From the human T2T-CHM13v2.0 reference genome, Homo sapiens: a DNA stretch of 64,000 bases. A model generated the notes under the pieces. It was not told the origin of the DNA. It worked only from the letters and a program-made list of their open reading frames with translations, and made no database searches. Numbering within the stretch: the stretch's first letter is position 1; each line of letters opens with the position of its first letter. This document shows, piece by piece, positions 16,932-29,740 of this stretch. The position numbers were made by a program, and so were the translations under genes. The DNA lies in assembly GCF_009914755.1 (NCBI RefSeq), contig NC_060931.1; one strand, given 5' to 3'.

Positions 16932-17917
16932 TCATAGGCAATTTACCCACTCTGGACACAGTGTCTTATCAAACACAAGTCTCACCTCTCCAGAACATGG
17001 CAGGACACATAGATTTCAAAGTCTTCAATATTTTGCTCCCATACATTCAATGAATTCTCAAGAGGAACTAATCCAATGAGTATAGTTTCAAGTCACCAGC
17101 TAGATATATAACCCTGGTAGAGAAGTCAAGGATAACAGCCATGTTTCAGGCAGAATAAAACTTTAAGCCTCTAAGACAGTTTTAACAAATAAGAAATACT
17201 TTTCTAAGAAACTCTAGAAGAAAAGATGCAAAGTACATGCAAGCTGGAACATGTTTTCCTTTAGCCCTTTCCAGAAATAAGTTTATTTTAACAATAACTT
17301 TCATGTGTTTTTCTACAGTCAGCAATAACTAAACTCTCCCCATGAGAATCATCCTTAGTGGCAATATCACTGTAGGGATTTAGGAATCAAACAAGTTTGT
17401 TCTGCATCTTTTAATGCCAGTAAACTAAACACAAATACTAAATGTGAAAGAAAACTCTTAAGCTGATTTCAAATCACAGGCATATGTTTGGATGGAAAAA
17501 CATACTGAGGAACAAACACTTCAAAGGAAAATCCTTTAGAAATGGAATCACTGGCACCAAACCCACTGCCTCTTAAATTCTTTGACCAAAAAGACTTCTT
17601 CAAGACTCCTCAGCTCTTTACCCCTATAACCAAAGCAGGAATATTTGGAAGCAGTCCTGAAACCATAACTTCACTTGTGACACAATCCCTTTTCCGTAAC
17701 TCTGGCCAAACAGTCTAACTCTCTAAGGAACCAAGAGTCAAGCAACCTCTTCCTCTTCATGTAAAAATAACTTCCCAAAGGTGATGAATTCTGATACAAA
17801 CACAAAACTACATCACAGATGCAACACTGTTTTCGATCATCATAATTCTATCACTTTTGAGTTATTATTTTCTTATAGGCTCATTTCCACTTTATCTTTA
17901 GGATTAATGTATATATT

Positions 17918-17936
17918 TGTGTGTGTGTGTGTGTGT
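17918..17936. repeat. (TG)n microsatellite
   Basis: Directly visible. Confidence 0.85.
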
Positions 17937-19419
17937 ACATATACTCACGTACATATACCAAAAAAGCTTAAACTGAGGATTTAAAATCAATGGTAATTTT
18001 TAAACCACATGACAACAGGTTTGGGAGAACTTTCATCTTGGATTCCCTTTCTATAAGTCAAGTATATTTAATTCTGTGTGTTCACAAAATAAGCTTGGAT
18101 GGAAAAAGACAAACAGTAGAAGATGAAATAAATTCTCTTTCAAAATTTTTAAAGATTTTTCACACATTTAAAATCACAAATAAACCATTCAGACAAAAAC
18201 ATTCTCAGTTGGAATATAAATTATACATGCAAACATGAATTATACATAGAAAAGCTGTTATATACATATATGCACATTTCTGGGTATTTATGTTCCTAAT
18301 AAGAAGACCATAAGAGGATACAATTCCCATATCTCTAGGTGCCAGCAGCATTGAAATCATTTAGTAACAGATAATTTTCAGAAGTTTTTCAGAACTAATC
18401 CTTTTGCATATATTTTATGTGCATTAAGTTCACCTTTTATTCAGTGTTATAAATTAGAAAACTTGTACTCACAGACTAAGAAAAGTTATCTGTGTGCTAA
18501 ATGGTTTCACTATTATTTTCTGCACAAGAGCACAGGGCATTCTGTTTAACTCTTGACCAGTCTGAGAGAGGCAGCTTTCTTCTTACATTTTTCTCTCACA
18601 TGTGTATTCATTCATTTAGATAGCTCCGTCTTTTGCCCTGGTCTCTGGCAAGTCTCAGGCCTGAAGAATTTCAAAGGCATCAAAAAACTTAGCAAAGAAC
18701 CTCTAGGAGCCAAATAGCCAACTCTAGTGTTCAAGAGCTACAAATGCCTTGGGTACCAAAAGCTGCAAGGAAAAGGGTATCCAAGCAGCAGCTGCATTAC
18801 ATGCTAAAATAGAAGAGTCACTTGGATAAAAGACAAATACTTTCACAAAGCACAGGAAGAGTCCCCTACTACCACCACTACCTTCTAAAACTGTCTCTTG
18901 ATATTCGCTTATTGCTTAAAAATGCAATCACTGTCCTGGAATTCATCATCCTTTTCCCTGCTTAGATAACTCCTAAAGGGACACCATGACAGGAGTTCTT
19001 TGTGAACCCAGTCAGATAATGTGGAGTGTTGGTTCTACTTTTGCCAAGTGAAATGAAAAGCGAAGAAGGAAAGTGTATGATGTAAGACATTCCCAATCCA
19101 GGCTTGCTCTGATTCTCCATCTCAAGACTGAACAACAGGACAGTGCGAAGTGATAAAAACTTAACCCATTCTTGTTACACTTGTAGGTTATCACCTCTAG
19201 GTCACCATTAGTTCCCATGTCTCAGCAATTAATTATAAAAATGGAAACCGCTCTGACCTTTGGTTTTCCGAATTTTTGAAAATAAAAAGAAACAGTCTTG
19301 AAACAATCAAGACAAAGACCAAATGGCAAAAGAAATGAGTTGTTTGGCAAACATTTTTGTCAGATTAACATTCATATTTTTGTCCTTGTTTGGTAAACCC
19401 CAGAGAAAATCTTACATGC

Positions 19420-19670
19420 ACCTCTCCTGCCTGCCCTGTCCCTTTCCATCACCTTAATCTCACCCCCAAGTTGGAATGAAAGTCATTCTTCCTATGTCCC
19501 CATAACATTTTGTTCAAATACTTATCACATCCTGCTATAACTACACTATAATTACATAGATGTCTCATCTGCCCCACTGGACAGCAAATTGGTCAAGATC
19601 ATAGAATAGATTGCATTCCACATTTTTCTTTCCAATGTAACTGGCAATAAATATGTGTTGAATTAAATCA
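19420..19670 (+). mobile_element. L2 3' end fragment
   Basis: Ends in CAATAAATATGTGTTGAATT, the L2 terminus pattern. Confidence 0.5.
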
Positions 19671-19999
19671 AATTGAAGTAACTAAAAGCGCTAGAAATAG
19701 TTGAATTCCTACTGCATGTATAGGATACTTATCATGAATAGTCTTTGAAGCTGAAAAATACCTGTATGTAAAGTATGTAGCAAAAACTGTGAGAGAGTGG
19801 GAAATGAACCTAGGGTATGACAGATTAGGAATCGCTTCTTTCAGAGAAGAACAAAGGATTATATTCAGAAGCCAAGATAAGCCTCTTATTTATCTATGTG
19901 ACTGAAAGCCTATTAAAAGCAAGATTGTGTTGGGGCCTTTCTGAAGTAAATAGGCACAATTATAGGGAAGGAGTTTACAGTAGTCTTTAAGAATGTGAG

Positions 20000-20990
20000 C
20001 TCTAAACTAAAAGAGTCTCCTAATGGCCAAATTTGGGTATATGAGTATTTGAGCTACAGAGTAATTATATTAATTGACCATAACCCACAGAATAAAGTAA
20101 GAATCCACGCAGTTTCTGCTGATAAAAATAAAATGATGACTCTTCCTTACAGTAAAATTGCAACTAATAAATGTAGAAGGAATGATGGAGATAAAAAAAA
20201 TCACAAAACAGCAACCACCACCACTGTAGCTGTTTCAGGCAAGTATCATCAATAAATGTTAAAAGCTGGGGCAAATGTATGATGAGAAACAGGAAATTTA
20301 TTTTGGCTCAAAATGTTATTTGACAGCAAATGAATGTAACTTCTTTAAAAATAAAACTACATCCAGGGAGTGCTCCTGAAATAATGAATAAAGAAACTGT
20401 ATATACTTGCTCTTGTTCAGTGTATTTTTTAAACTAAATTTTCAAATGACAAAGGTAAAATAGTACATTTGCAGTGGAGAAAGCTGACAGCCTCCAGCTT
20501 AACCAAGTGATCAAAGTTACCACCACCAGTGTTGGATAAATCAAAATCATGTGCCTCTCACATGATGCACTGAGAAGAATACATCACTTCTACAATACTT
20601 TTGCCAGAAGTTTCCAACCTGAACTGAATCATGAGGAAACATCAGACAAATACAAACTAAAGGACATTCAGTGAAATAATTGGCCAATATTCTTCAAAAT
20701 TGCCATGGTCATAAAAGACCAAAAAAGAATGAGGAACTTCCTAGATTGGATGGAACTAAGGAGACATGATAACTGAATGCAGCATGTGATATCCTAGATT
20801 TGATCTTGGTCCAGAAAAATTCCTAGTGGGGTAACTGTCAAAATTTGAATAAGGTCTGTAGTTTAAATAACACTATTGCAGCCATGTTAATTTCCTGATT
20901 TTGATAATTTATATATTGTATTTATATAAGTTATTAACATTTGGAGTAACTAAGTGAAGAGTTTATGCACATTCTTTGAACTCTTTTTAC
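20000..20990 (+). mobile_element. Ancient L1MC/L1ME 3'UTR fragment
   Basis: AACCAAGTGATCAAAGTT, TGATGCACTGAGAAGAATACATCACTTCT and AATCATGAGGAAACATCAGACAAA motifs, followed by an A-rich tract. Confidence 0.7.
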
Positions 20991-21027
20991 AAAAAAAAAA
21001 AAAGAAAGAAAGAAAAGCTGTGGACTC

Positions 21028-21145
21028 TAGTATCATGCTATCTAATATGGTGGCCGCTAGTCACATGTGGCTATAAATTGAAATGCAGCTTGTCCAATTT
21101 GAGATGTGCTATAAGCATAAAATACACACTAATTTTAAAGAGTTA
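21028..21145. mobile_element. MER33/MER3-like hAT DNA transposon fragment
   Basis: TAATATGGTGGCCGCTAGTCACATGTGGCTA and TGAGATGTGCTATAAG. Confidence 0.6.
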
Positions 21146-21269
21146 AGTTTTAAGGAGTTCAGTACATTTTTTTTAACTTATTTTTCAGTTTTGCCCTCAG
21201 GGCAACCACACAAGTAAATAAGTCCCATTATTTTATAATATGTGAAGTTTTGTTGTTGTTTTGGTTTGT

Positions 21270-21365
21270 TTTTTATTTTTATATTTTTAATTATAAATTC
21301 ACAAATTATAGTTGTGTACATTTATGGGGTAGAAAGTGATGTTATGATTTATGAATACAATGTGG
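21270..21365 (-). mobile_element. Short L1MA 3'-end fragment
   Basis: TGTACATTTATGGGGTAGAAAGTGATG is the reverse complement of an L1MA terminus. Confidence 0.55.
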
Positions 21366-23257
21366 TTTGTGTCATGTTTTTTCTAAAAGTCAATAGTACT
21401 CACATTGACCATATATCCTTTTCTAGACTTGGTTCTTAATGGCTTAGGATTTTTCAAAAGCTTCAGCCTCTCCCAACTAAAAGATAATCAAAGGAATGTG
21501 CCACAGACTCAGAGGGGAAAAAATATGTTTTCATGATGGTCTAAAAATACTTTGATTAATAAATGCATTGTTGAAATCAGTAATAGCTTCCCCCAAAAAA
21601 AACATTTTGAGAGACCATATTTTAGTTATGTAGATTCTGAATTAAGTTTCTTTATAGTCAGATTACATTTTAGACACATTTTTGTCTTTGTTGTAACCTG
21701 CAAAGCTTATGAACCAGATGAATAGTGGTTTCTGCCTTTTTGTATTTGCAACATACAATTGCTACTCTTTTTTTATTTAAAGACACATGCATAAAACCTA
21801 CTCCTAAACATTTTTAAAGCAAATATTTCATTTTATGTTTAAATACATTTAAGTTGGGTTTTTGGTCTCTAAAGCATAAAGAGTACGTCTTGGGTTCACT
21901 GGGACGACTCTGGGATTTCGCAAAACCTGAGCTGGAAATTACAGTCCTGAACTAAGACTCAAGCAACACAGGATTATGGAAAGTCCTGGTATTATTTCAA
22001 GTCAGGATTTTCTTCCATATCCAATTTCACCCAAAGTCGAGCATTAGTCAGCCTGAACCTTTCATATAGCAGAAAGGAGATTTGATTAATGTGATTTCTT
22101 TGTAGAAAAATCTAAGAAGATTAAGGCACAATGATATAGGAAAAGCATGCCCTTTATCGACATGACATTCTTCAGCACTATATAGAGGTCTGAAGATCTT
22201 TCTCATCATTAGATTGTTCACACTAGCTGCATCTGAAAAAGGGAAAAAAATCTATCATCAGGAAAAACTTTCAACTTTTCACATTTTAGTTTCCATCTCA
22301 CGAACAGGTCAACAAATCTAGAGGTTGGTATCGATTTCACTCTATACACAGGAAAGGGCATTTTTCAAGGAAACATTTGCAGATTACTTCCCCAACCCAC
22401 CCACCCCACCCCTCTTCTAGGGACTGAGTTTTGTGATGGTCCTTGGGGAAAAAAATTAGAACCTTCTAGATGATTTCTGTACTCAGTGAAGCACAATGCA
22501 AAATAAATCCAGTTGGTGTGATTTCCATTAACTATTCTCCATCTGTGCATTCTGAAAATCTAATACTAACCAGGAGGTATGCTTCTCTGATATGAGAAAA
22601 TGAATTCAAAGCTGGTTTAAAACATATATATATGTATGTATTTATATATATATGCACACACATATATATCAAATGTCATCTGCCTCTTCCACTTTTATAT
22701 ACATTTGTGTGAAAAAATATATGTTGAGCAAAAAAGAATAAAATTAAAATACCTTTCCCTAGATCCTCTCAACTTTCAGAATATGGATATTATACTCCCA
22801 CTGCTTTGCTCAAATGTAGACCATTTGAGAATGCGATAGATGAAGAAGTAAATTACTTTCAACAGATCATTTCCAAAGTTGTTTTCTCCTTGGACTATCA
22901 CATGTCAATTTGATGGATATGAATCTGAAGATCCTGTTACAATTGAAAGGGCTGCAGGGTCAGAATTTACTGAGCAGCCTTCTTTGTACATCTCAGCTGC
23001 CCAGCTAAGACACCTCAGTGCTCACAACTTAAAGAACCCCTACTGTGGCAGTCAGGGGCCTCTTGATCCTGCACTTTTCTTCAGAAATCTGACAACCCAG
23101 TCAAGGGTACCTAAATGGATACAAAAACTACCTTAGCTCTGGGGGAGAGGGATAAAAACTGATGAACCTGGTATTTAATATCCATATCCTCAAATACAAT
23201 TTACATTGTTACATGATGGCATAAACACTCAACTCCTGACTTTTAAAATGATAAAAG

Positions 23258-23444
23258 TTTTTTGTTTTTTAGGTTTATTTAAGAGTTGGGGTCTTGCTAT
23301 GTTGCCCAGGCTGGAGTGCAGCAGCTATTCATAAGCATAATCATAGCACACTGTGGCCTCTAACTCCTGGCCTCAACCAATCAATACCCCTGCCTCAGGC
23401 TGCTGAGTAACTGGGACTGCAGGCACGTACCACCACACCCAGCT
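23258..23444 (-). mobile_element. FAM (fossil Alu monomer)
   Basis: Monomeric 7SL-derived element that keeps the GCTATTCA(T/C)A segment absent from dimeric Alu arms. Confidence 0.75.
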
Positions 23445-23790
23445 AAAATACAAATTTTTGACAGTCACTGTTACTACAATCTTCACAACCAAGTATAATA
23501 AGACATAGTACTAGTACGTTAATTAGTCAGTTACATTAAAAACTACTCTCATTTTGATAAATTAATCCTAGTATAGGTAAAATAGAAAAAAACTACAACA
23601 TAACTCATCATAGAGAAAGTAATATAGTTATGTGAATAGACAGGAATAACTAACACTCACTATCTGTTCTCAAGTAAAACCATAAGCTTTTATTCTTAAT
23701 ATCACAAAGAAAAGATATATAAAACCAAAAGTTATAATACTTAACAGAGAAACAATAACAAGAGTCAAGGATGTCCTTACAATCCATTTC

Positions 23791-23874
23791 TAGTAGGTTG
23801 AGCCATATGAAATTGTCATTTTTGAAGGCCAAAAGAGGTTGAATACCAGGTATTTCATATGTTTCCATCTAATA
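23791..23874. mobile_element. MADE2-like mariner-derived MITE (~84 bp)
   Basis: Inverted termini TAGTAGGTTGAGCCATATGAAAT ... ATTTCATATGTTTCCATCTAATA with TA ends. Confidence 0.8.
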
Positions 23875-23899
23875 ATAAATACTGTACTATAATTCAAAT

Positions 23900-24770
23900 T
23901 AGATCTAGAATCCATTCACTTCTCCCCATTTCCACCACCACCATCTTCCACCTGGAAAATTTCAATAGCTTCCTAACTGGTCCCCCTGCTTCCACTCTCC
24001 TCTGCAATTTATTCTCTCTTCTGCAACCAGAGTATTCCTTTTTTAACCTTTTATTTAAGCTTAACAGACATTAAAAGTGCACAAATCATGAGTGTACAAC
24101 TTGATGAATTTTCACAGACTCAGCACATCCACGTGACCAGTGCCCAGAACAAAGAATAGAATATTCACAAAAATGGACTCATGCACTGTGTCCTTTTTTG
24201 CATTTGGCTTTTTTCACTCAACATTATATTTAAGTTGACACATTATTTCATGTTATTAGGTACCATAGAGCAACAAATTAGTCATTTTCCTTGCTGTATA
24301 ACATCTTGTTGTAGGAATAGATCACACTTTATCTATCCATTCCACTGTTGATGAACCAGAGTAAGCTTTTTAAAATGTAAATAAGATCAGGTAATTTCCC
24401 AACTTCAAACTCTTCACTTGCTTCACTTTGCAGTGGCGCTAGCCCACCTGTCCTATTTACCCTGCCACACCTGCAGCCCCTTCTCCTCACCCCCATGCTC
24501 CATCCACACTGCCCTCCTTTCTATTCTCTCTCTCTGTTTTCCATTCCTGAGATGTTCTCCCTAGCCACTATCAGTCTGTCTTCTACCCACCTAATTCGAA
24601 ACCAAATGTATAGGGCTGGCTCTGCCTCATCCTTCAACCTCAACAGGGATCATCTTCTTAGGGATGGCTTCCTTAACCTTCTTCCTTGGAATACTCCCTT
24701 ATTCTATTTCACACCAATCTGCTTGTTTCACCTTGACTTTTCACTTTATTTCACCTTGACTTTCCTCTGA
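23900..24770 (+). mobile_element. L2 fragment interrupted by an old L1
   Basis: Pyrimidine-rich L2 body (CTTCCTAACTGGTCCCCCTGCTTCCACTCT) that resumes after 24363. Confidence 0.65.
24038..24353 (-). mobile_element. Old L1 (L1MD/L1ME-like) 3' fragment
   Basis: AAAAGTGCACAAATCATGAGTGTACA and TGGCTTTTTTCACTCAACAT, flanked by the direct repeat AACCAGAGTA. Confidence 0.7.
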
Positions 24771-27144
24771 GAAGAAAACATTAAGGATAAAATGCCTACA
24801 TTATCAATAGCAGAGAGAAATATAATTCAGTTCTTTTTAAAGCAGAGCTCCACCCAAGGGGAAAAAAGATTTACTATCTAAGGTATAGCCAAGCCTCAAT
24901 TCATGAAATCAATTCAGTTTAATAGAAACATCAGTCTAGCTGGTTTTCCGACATAGCGTTAAGGGTTTTTTTAATGATTGACAATTTTTCATTTTTCAAT
25001 ATGTTACTTTGGCATCATAGCCAGTCAGAATGAGAATTAAGTGCTCCAAGAGGTTCAGGATCAGAGAAATGTTGAGACCAAAGTCCTATTATTCCATTTC
25101 CAAATTCCAAACTAGATTTCTAAGATGCTCTGCAATATGCCTTGTGGGTTGTTTCCTGCAGGCAAAGTGGCAGTGACTTCTCACAAAACTATAGAGCTCC
25201 AATAACAAAATCCTTTCAGCTGAAAAAAAGGCTGATTTTATAAGGAAAGTGTTTACAATGTTTTCTACAACATACAAATGTTTGTACAAAGAAAAATGAA
25301 GCAAAGTTTTAACTCATCTTTTCAAAACTAAACCAGAGTTTAAAATCAAGCTACTAGAAGTAAACTGGTGCATTTATGCAATTTGTGAGTCCTAGACATT
25401 TCTAGTTAAGCAAAGAAAAGTGGTGTGTAAAAAAACAGTAATGTATTTTTAAAGGGTAGTAGGGAAATTAAATGTGTTCAGTTGAGTTTAACTTCTTCAA
25501 GAAATAAGCTTCTTATGCTGGTAAGAAATGGGTCATAGCAATAAAAGTATGCTGTAAATTCAACTTGACAAATGGGAAAATGAATTCCTGAGGGTAAGGC
25601 CTATTAAAAGAATATATTAATTTAATCATGCAGTGAATATTTCTGAGTAGCTTGTATATATGCAAGAAACTGCCTTACATATTTTAATGAGGAAAAACAT
25701 AGTATTAGTTAATATAGCAATAATTTTTTCTATTACTAACTTCTCAGCTATAATATAGAAAGATCAAATATAAGGAAAAAAAGTTAAGCCTCTATATAGA
25801 GATGCAAGTTTCTAATACTTGCTTATAAACTTCAAAATTCAATAATGTGTCACACCCACAACTTAAAGACATGTGCAGAGCATTAGTCATTTCAGTGAAC
25901 AGAAAAGCGACCTGCTTCTTCTGCATAAAATGTGATATGATGCCACCTTATGGTTGAAAATTAAACCTTATGTTTTAGGATGATAAACAATTATTTTCAG
26001 ATGTACTTTCTTAGATGCCTGAAGGAAAAGATGCTGAGTACCACTAAACCTGTAAAATTTACAAATCGAAGTGCACAGAATCAACTTACCCCTGTGAAGA
26101 AAACATAAAACAGTTATGATGCAAGTGTGCAATGTCTGGCACGTAGGAAGAGTGCCTATTTGGGTTGCATTTAGGTGGCTGCTCATCTGTCTGCTCATTC
26201 TAGTTATTTTTATAACAAATCTCCGTTAGATTTTTCTAGCTCAAATCACTGTTCTTTACTTCCAAGTTTATAAAAACAAAAAAAGTATAAAGTGAAACTA
26301 AGCAAAAGTTTTTCAAATTCACCACATAATTTACTATTAGGATGAATCATATAAAAGTTCCATTTTTGTGAATCAAAAATTGTCCAGTATGGGAAATTCC
26401 ATAAGATTCCTTCTAGAGTTATCTTAAGCATAAATGTGAATTTAATAATCTCAGATAATAAATAACCATGGTATTAGTCCATCATCAAGTGTCAGTCCCT
26501 CTTCACTAAACTACTGGTGAAACTCTTACACAGAAGAAACCTGGCTTTGTCCTTTCTCAAGTACCCTTCATCAATGGCACTCCTCTATGACACACCAATC
26601 CTCTGCTTGGGCTCCACTGTGCCTTCATATCTTCCACTGATCCACCATTCAATACTGTTCCAACTTTAAAGTGGGGCACTGTTATCAGCCAAATTTTTAT
26701 AATCTTGGTTAATTCTATTTTTATTTACTATTGAACAAATCCAGAAACTTTGGGAAATACAGATCTTCTTTAATGCATATCCTATAAAATGCTGCTTCCA
26801 AAATTATTTGTCATCTCAGTATTGCTATAAAGCCTCAATTGTTCCTGAGAGGATAAACTAACTTCCAGCCTGAGAGAAACCTAAAAAGTTCTCTCTTATT
26901 CTAAAGTTTTTTCTTTTGTCACAATATTATTCTTCCTTCTCCCTTCTCCAGTAATGATAACTGCAGTTAAAACTCTCAAGTGACTTTTTAACCAAAATGT
27001 TTAGTGCTCAACTGTTGAACCCTTATTATATATGTAGGTTATTCTATCTTAGCAGTAAACTTGAGGGGAATGTTATAGGAACATTATAGAAACAAATTAA
27101 CTTGTAAACATGAATATAAAATTATTGCAAAACTCAGGAAATCA

Positions 27145-27268
27145 AATGTAAAATGTTAATATCAGAAGAAACTGGGTGACGGGCATATGGGAACTCTGTA
27201 GTATCTTGGCAACTTTTCCATATATATAAAATTATTTCAAAGCAAAAGCTTGATTAAAAAAAAAAAGT
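27145..27268 (+). mobile_element. Ancient L1 3' terminus fragment (L1MC/ME)
   Basis: AACTGGGTGACGGGCATATGGGAACTCTGTAGTATCTT plus A tail. Confidence 0.55.
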
Positions 27269-28864
27269 TCAGGGAATCAGAACCAGAGTCACAGGTATTA
27301 ATTTGTCTTCTCTCCAACAGCTTTGCCAGATTGAGGTTTCTTTTCCTCTTTTGCACATTTATTTATGTATTCTATACACTCGGGCCCCCTTACATCAGTA
27401 AGGAATTGGAGCTGTCATCTTACTCCATAGGAGAAAGGCCAGCCTGGTGGCTCCTTGTTTGAAGTTCCCTGCTCAAATGCCAATGTAGATAGGGGCATGA
27501 TTGCTCTGTGAGCTTAGCCAGGTCACTTCCCTCTCTGCACTTTGTTTTCATCTTATGCCTAAAGGGACAGATAATACTTACCTCCCACCTCTACTTGAAA
27601 AGGAAGGAAGGCTAAAAAGTTAATCTGAACATATTTTTATAAAGGAAAAACATTTTTAAGTTCCAGTTTTGTACATAATACAGAATATTAATATCTACTG
27701 TTTTTGTCAGCCTTAGATAGTAAGCTTCTTGAAGCAGATCCTGCTCTTTGATTCACAATAGATACTCTTGAGTCGCTTCACAAATAATGATGCCAATTCT
27801 TAACTCTTAAGTTTTCATCCTGAAATTTCAGATTAATTTAGAGTAGCTTTTGCAGCCACCCATGAGTACATTGGTGTTAATGATGCACCCATTTTCCTTT
27901 CCTCAATGTTTGCTTTACTTCTAATAGAGCACAAGAGCCTAAAAATCTACCTTTAGAACATTATTTACATCCTGAGAAAGGACTTGTGCCCAGAATCACA
28001 TGATAACACATAGACCTTGACTCAAGGGCCAACTTGTACTCTCCCATTTGGCTGCCATTTCACTCCTGACGCTGTCTCTGTTTAACCTTTTGGCCCCTCA
28101 AGAGAAGTAGCAGAAGCCACTGAATGAGGAATGGGGGTTCTCAGAAGTCACTGAGATTAAAGGGGTCCACCCTGCAGGAACAGCATTTCTCTCTTCCTAG
28201 GCAGTTTTTGCTGCTCCTGTCAGGTGGTAAGAAGAGGAGAGAGGTTTTTATTATTATTATTATTAATCCCAAACTGTCAACTTCAAAGGAGGAATTTAGA
28301 AGTTTCACAATTAGAAAAAATACATAATGTAATGGTTGCTGGTGATGTACACAGCCTATGTTAAGGAGAGAGACAGAGCCTAAAGATTCTTACCCCAGTG
28401 GAGCGCCACTCGGACTTATGCATGAGGAAATCTATTTACCATATGTTAGCTTCATGCTCTCCTCTTTCTTCTAAGGAAAAATTTGCTTTTCTGAGGACAT
28501 GACGGACTTTTCTTTCCTACAGGCCTAGATAATATATTACTTAGCCTTGAGAAACTGAGAAATCCCCCACTGTGTCACCTTCTAGAGCCCCTGTCAACCC
28601 TTTGCAACTCCAAGAGACAAGTCACTCCTACTTTCCAGAAAACATTCAGAAGCAAGCACCAGCCCTTCCCCAGAGGTCAAGCAGCAGAAAGGGCCTTCCA
28701 CTGCAGGTGTGAGAGAAAATCTGAGCTCACTCCTTTATCGCCTTGCTTAGGGCTGGCTGTACAATCTCCTCATCAAAAAACATAGTGAGAACAATCAGCA
28801 TATGGAAGGACCCAAATATAATCAGGATGTGAGGATCTGACAAAGTTCAAATACATTACAATTT

Positions 28865-29040
28865 AGAGCTGCTATGTCTAGTACGTTAACCACCAGCCAC
28901 ATGCAGCTACTTAAATTTAAATTTAAATAAATTAGAAACTTAGTTCTCCAGTCACACTAGCCAACAGTAGCTGTTGTATTGCACAGCCCAGATATAGAGC
29001 ATTTCCATCATTGCAGAAATCTGTACTGGAAAGACTGATA
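28865..29040. mobile_element. MER3-like hAT DNA transposon
   Basis: CCAGCCACATGCAGCTA, CAGTCACACTAGCCA and ATTTCCATCATTGCAGAAA. Confidence 0.7.
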
Positions 29041-29509
29041 TAGCTAACACAGGAAAATACATTTTAATTCTTCAAATCCTACTATGTCATCTTTTATTCC
29101 TTTTAGTAAACATTTGTTGAACAACTACTTCCTGCAAGTCACTGGACAAGGTGCGGTAGAGCATAGAAAGATGAGTATGACTGTAAGTGGCCCTCAGGAC
29201 CTTTGAGATTTAGAAATCTAAGATAAGTAACTATCTATAAGATAGAAATACATACCGTAGAGAAAGAACAACCAAATTGTTGTGCTTAAACAAGTAGAAA
29301 TGTATGCAACCATTTCACACTGAGCTTCAGCAGTCCCAGAATTCCAAGATAACAAGTACTGTCCTGACTGAGAAGCTGCACATTTCCATGCTGTCGGTTC
29401 CATGGAAACAGCATTTGGATGTGTTCCATCAAAACTGCTTTGAAAAATGGTCCAAAGCAGAATTTACTTTTGTGAGAAAAAAATACAAAAAACATAAGAG
29501 GCACCACAT

Positions 29510-29740
29510 GCTAATGGAAGTAGCACAAGATTTGGAGTCAGAAGATCTGTTTGAGAGCCAGCCTTATCCTTGCTACCTGTGTGATGCTGGGTAAGCCACT
29601 TAACTTCTCTGGGCCTCAGGATTCTCATTTTCAAAGTGGGAAAAATAATCCCTACCCCATATGCCCCATAAGGGAACACTGTAAAAATAATTAAGATACT
29701 GAAAGCACCTCAGAAGCAGTAGGATGCTATATTATTATTA
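29510..29740 (+). mobile_element. MIR
   Basis: MIR core GGGTAAGCCACTTAACTTCTCTGGGCCTCAGGATTCTCATTTTCAAAGTGGG. Confidence 0.75.

Noticed and set aside
23650-23868. Exon-like ORF METYEIPGIQPLLAF... with AG/GT flanks
   Set aside because: The sequence is the MADE2-like MITE, so the apparent exon is incidental.
25089-26198. Minus-strand acceptor-like sites and short ORFs near 25220 and 26050
   Set aside because: No recognisable protein and donors weak or absent. Kept only as supporting context for a possible non-coding transcript.
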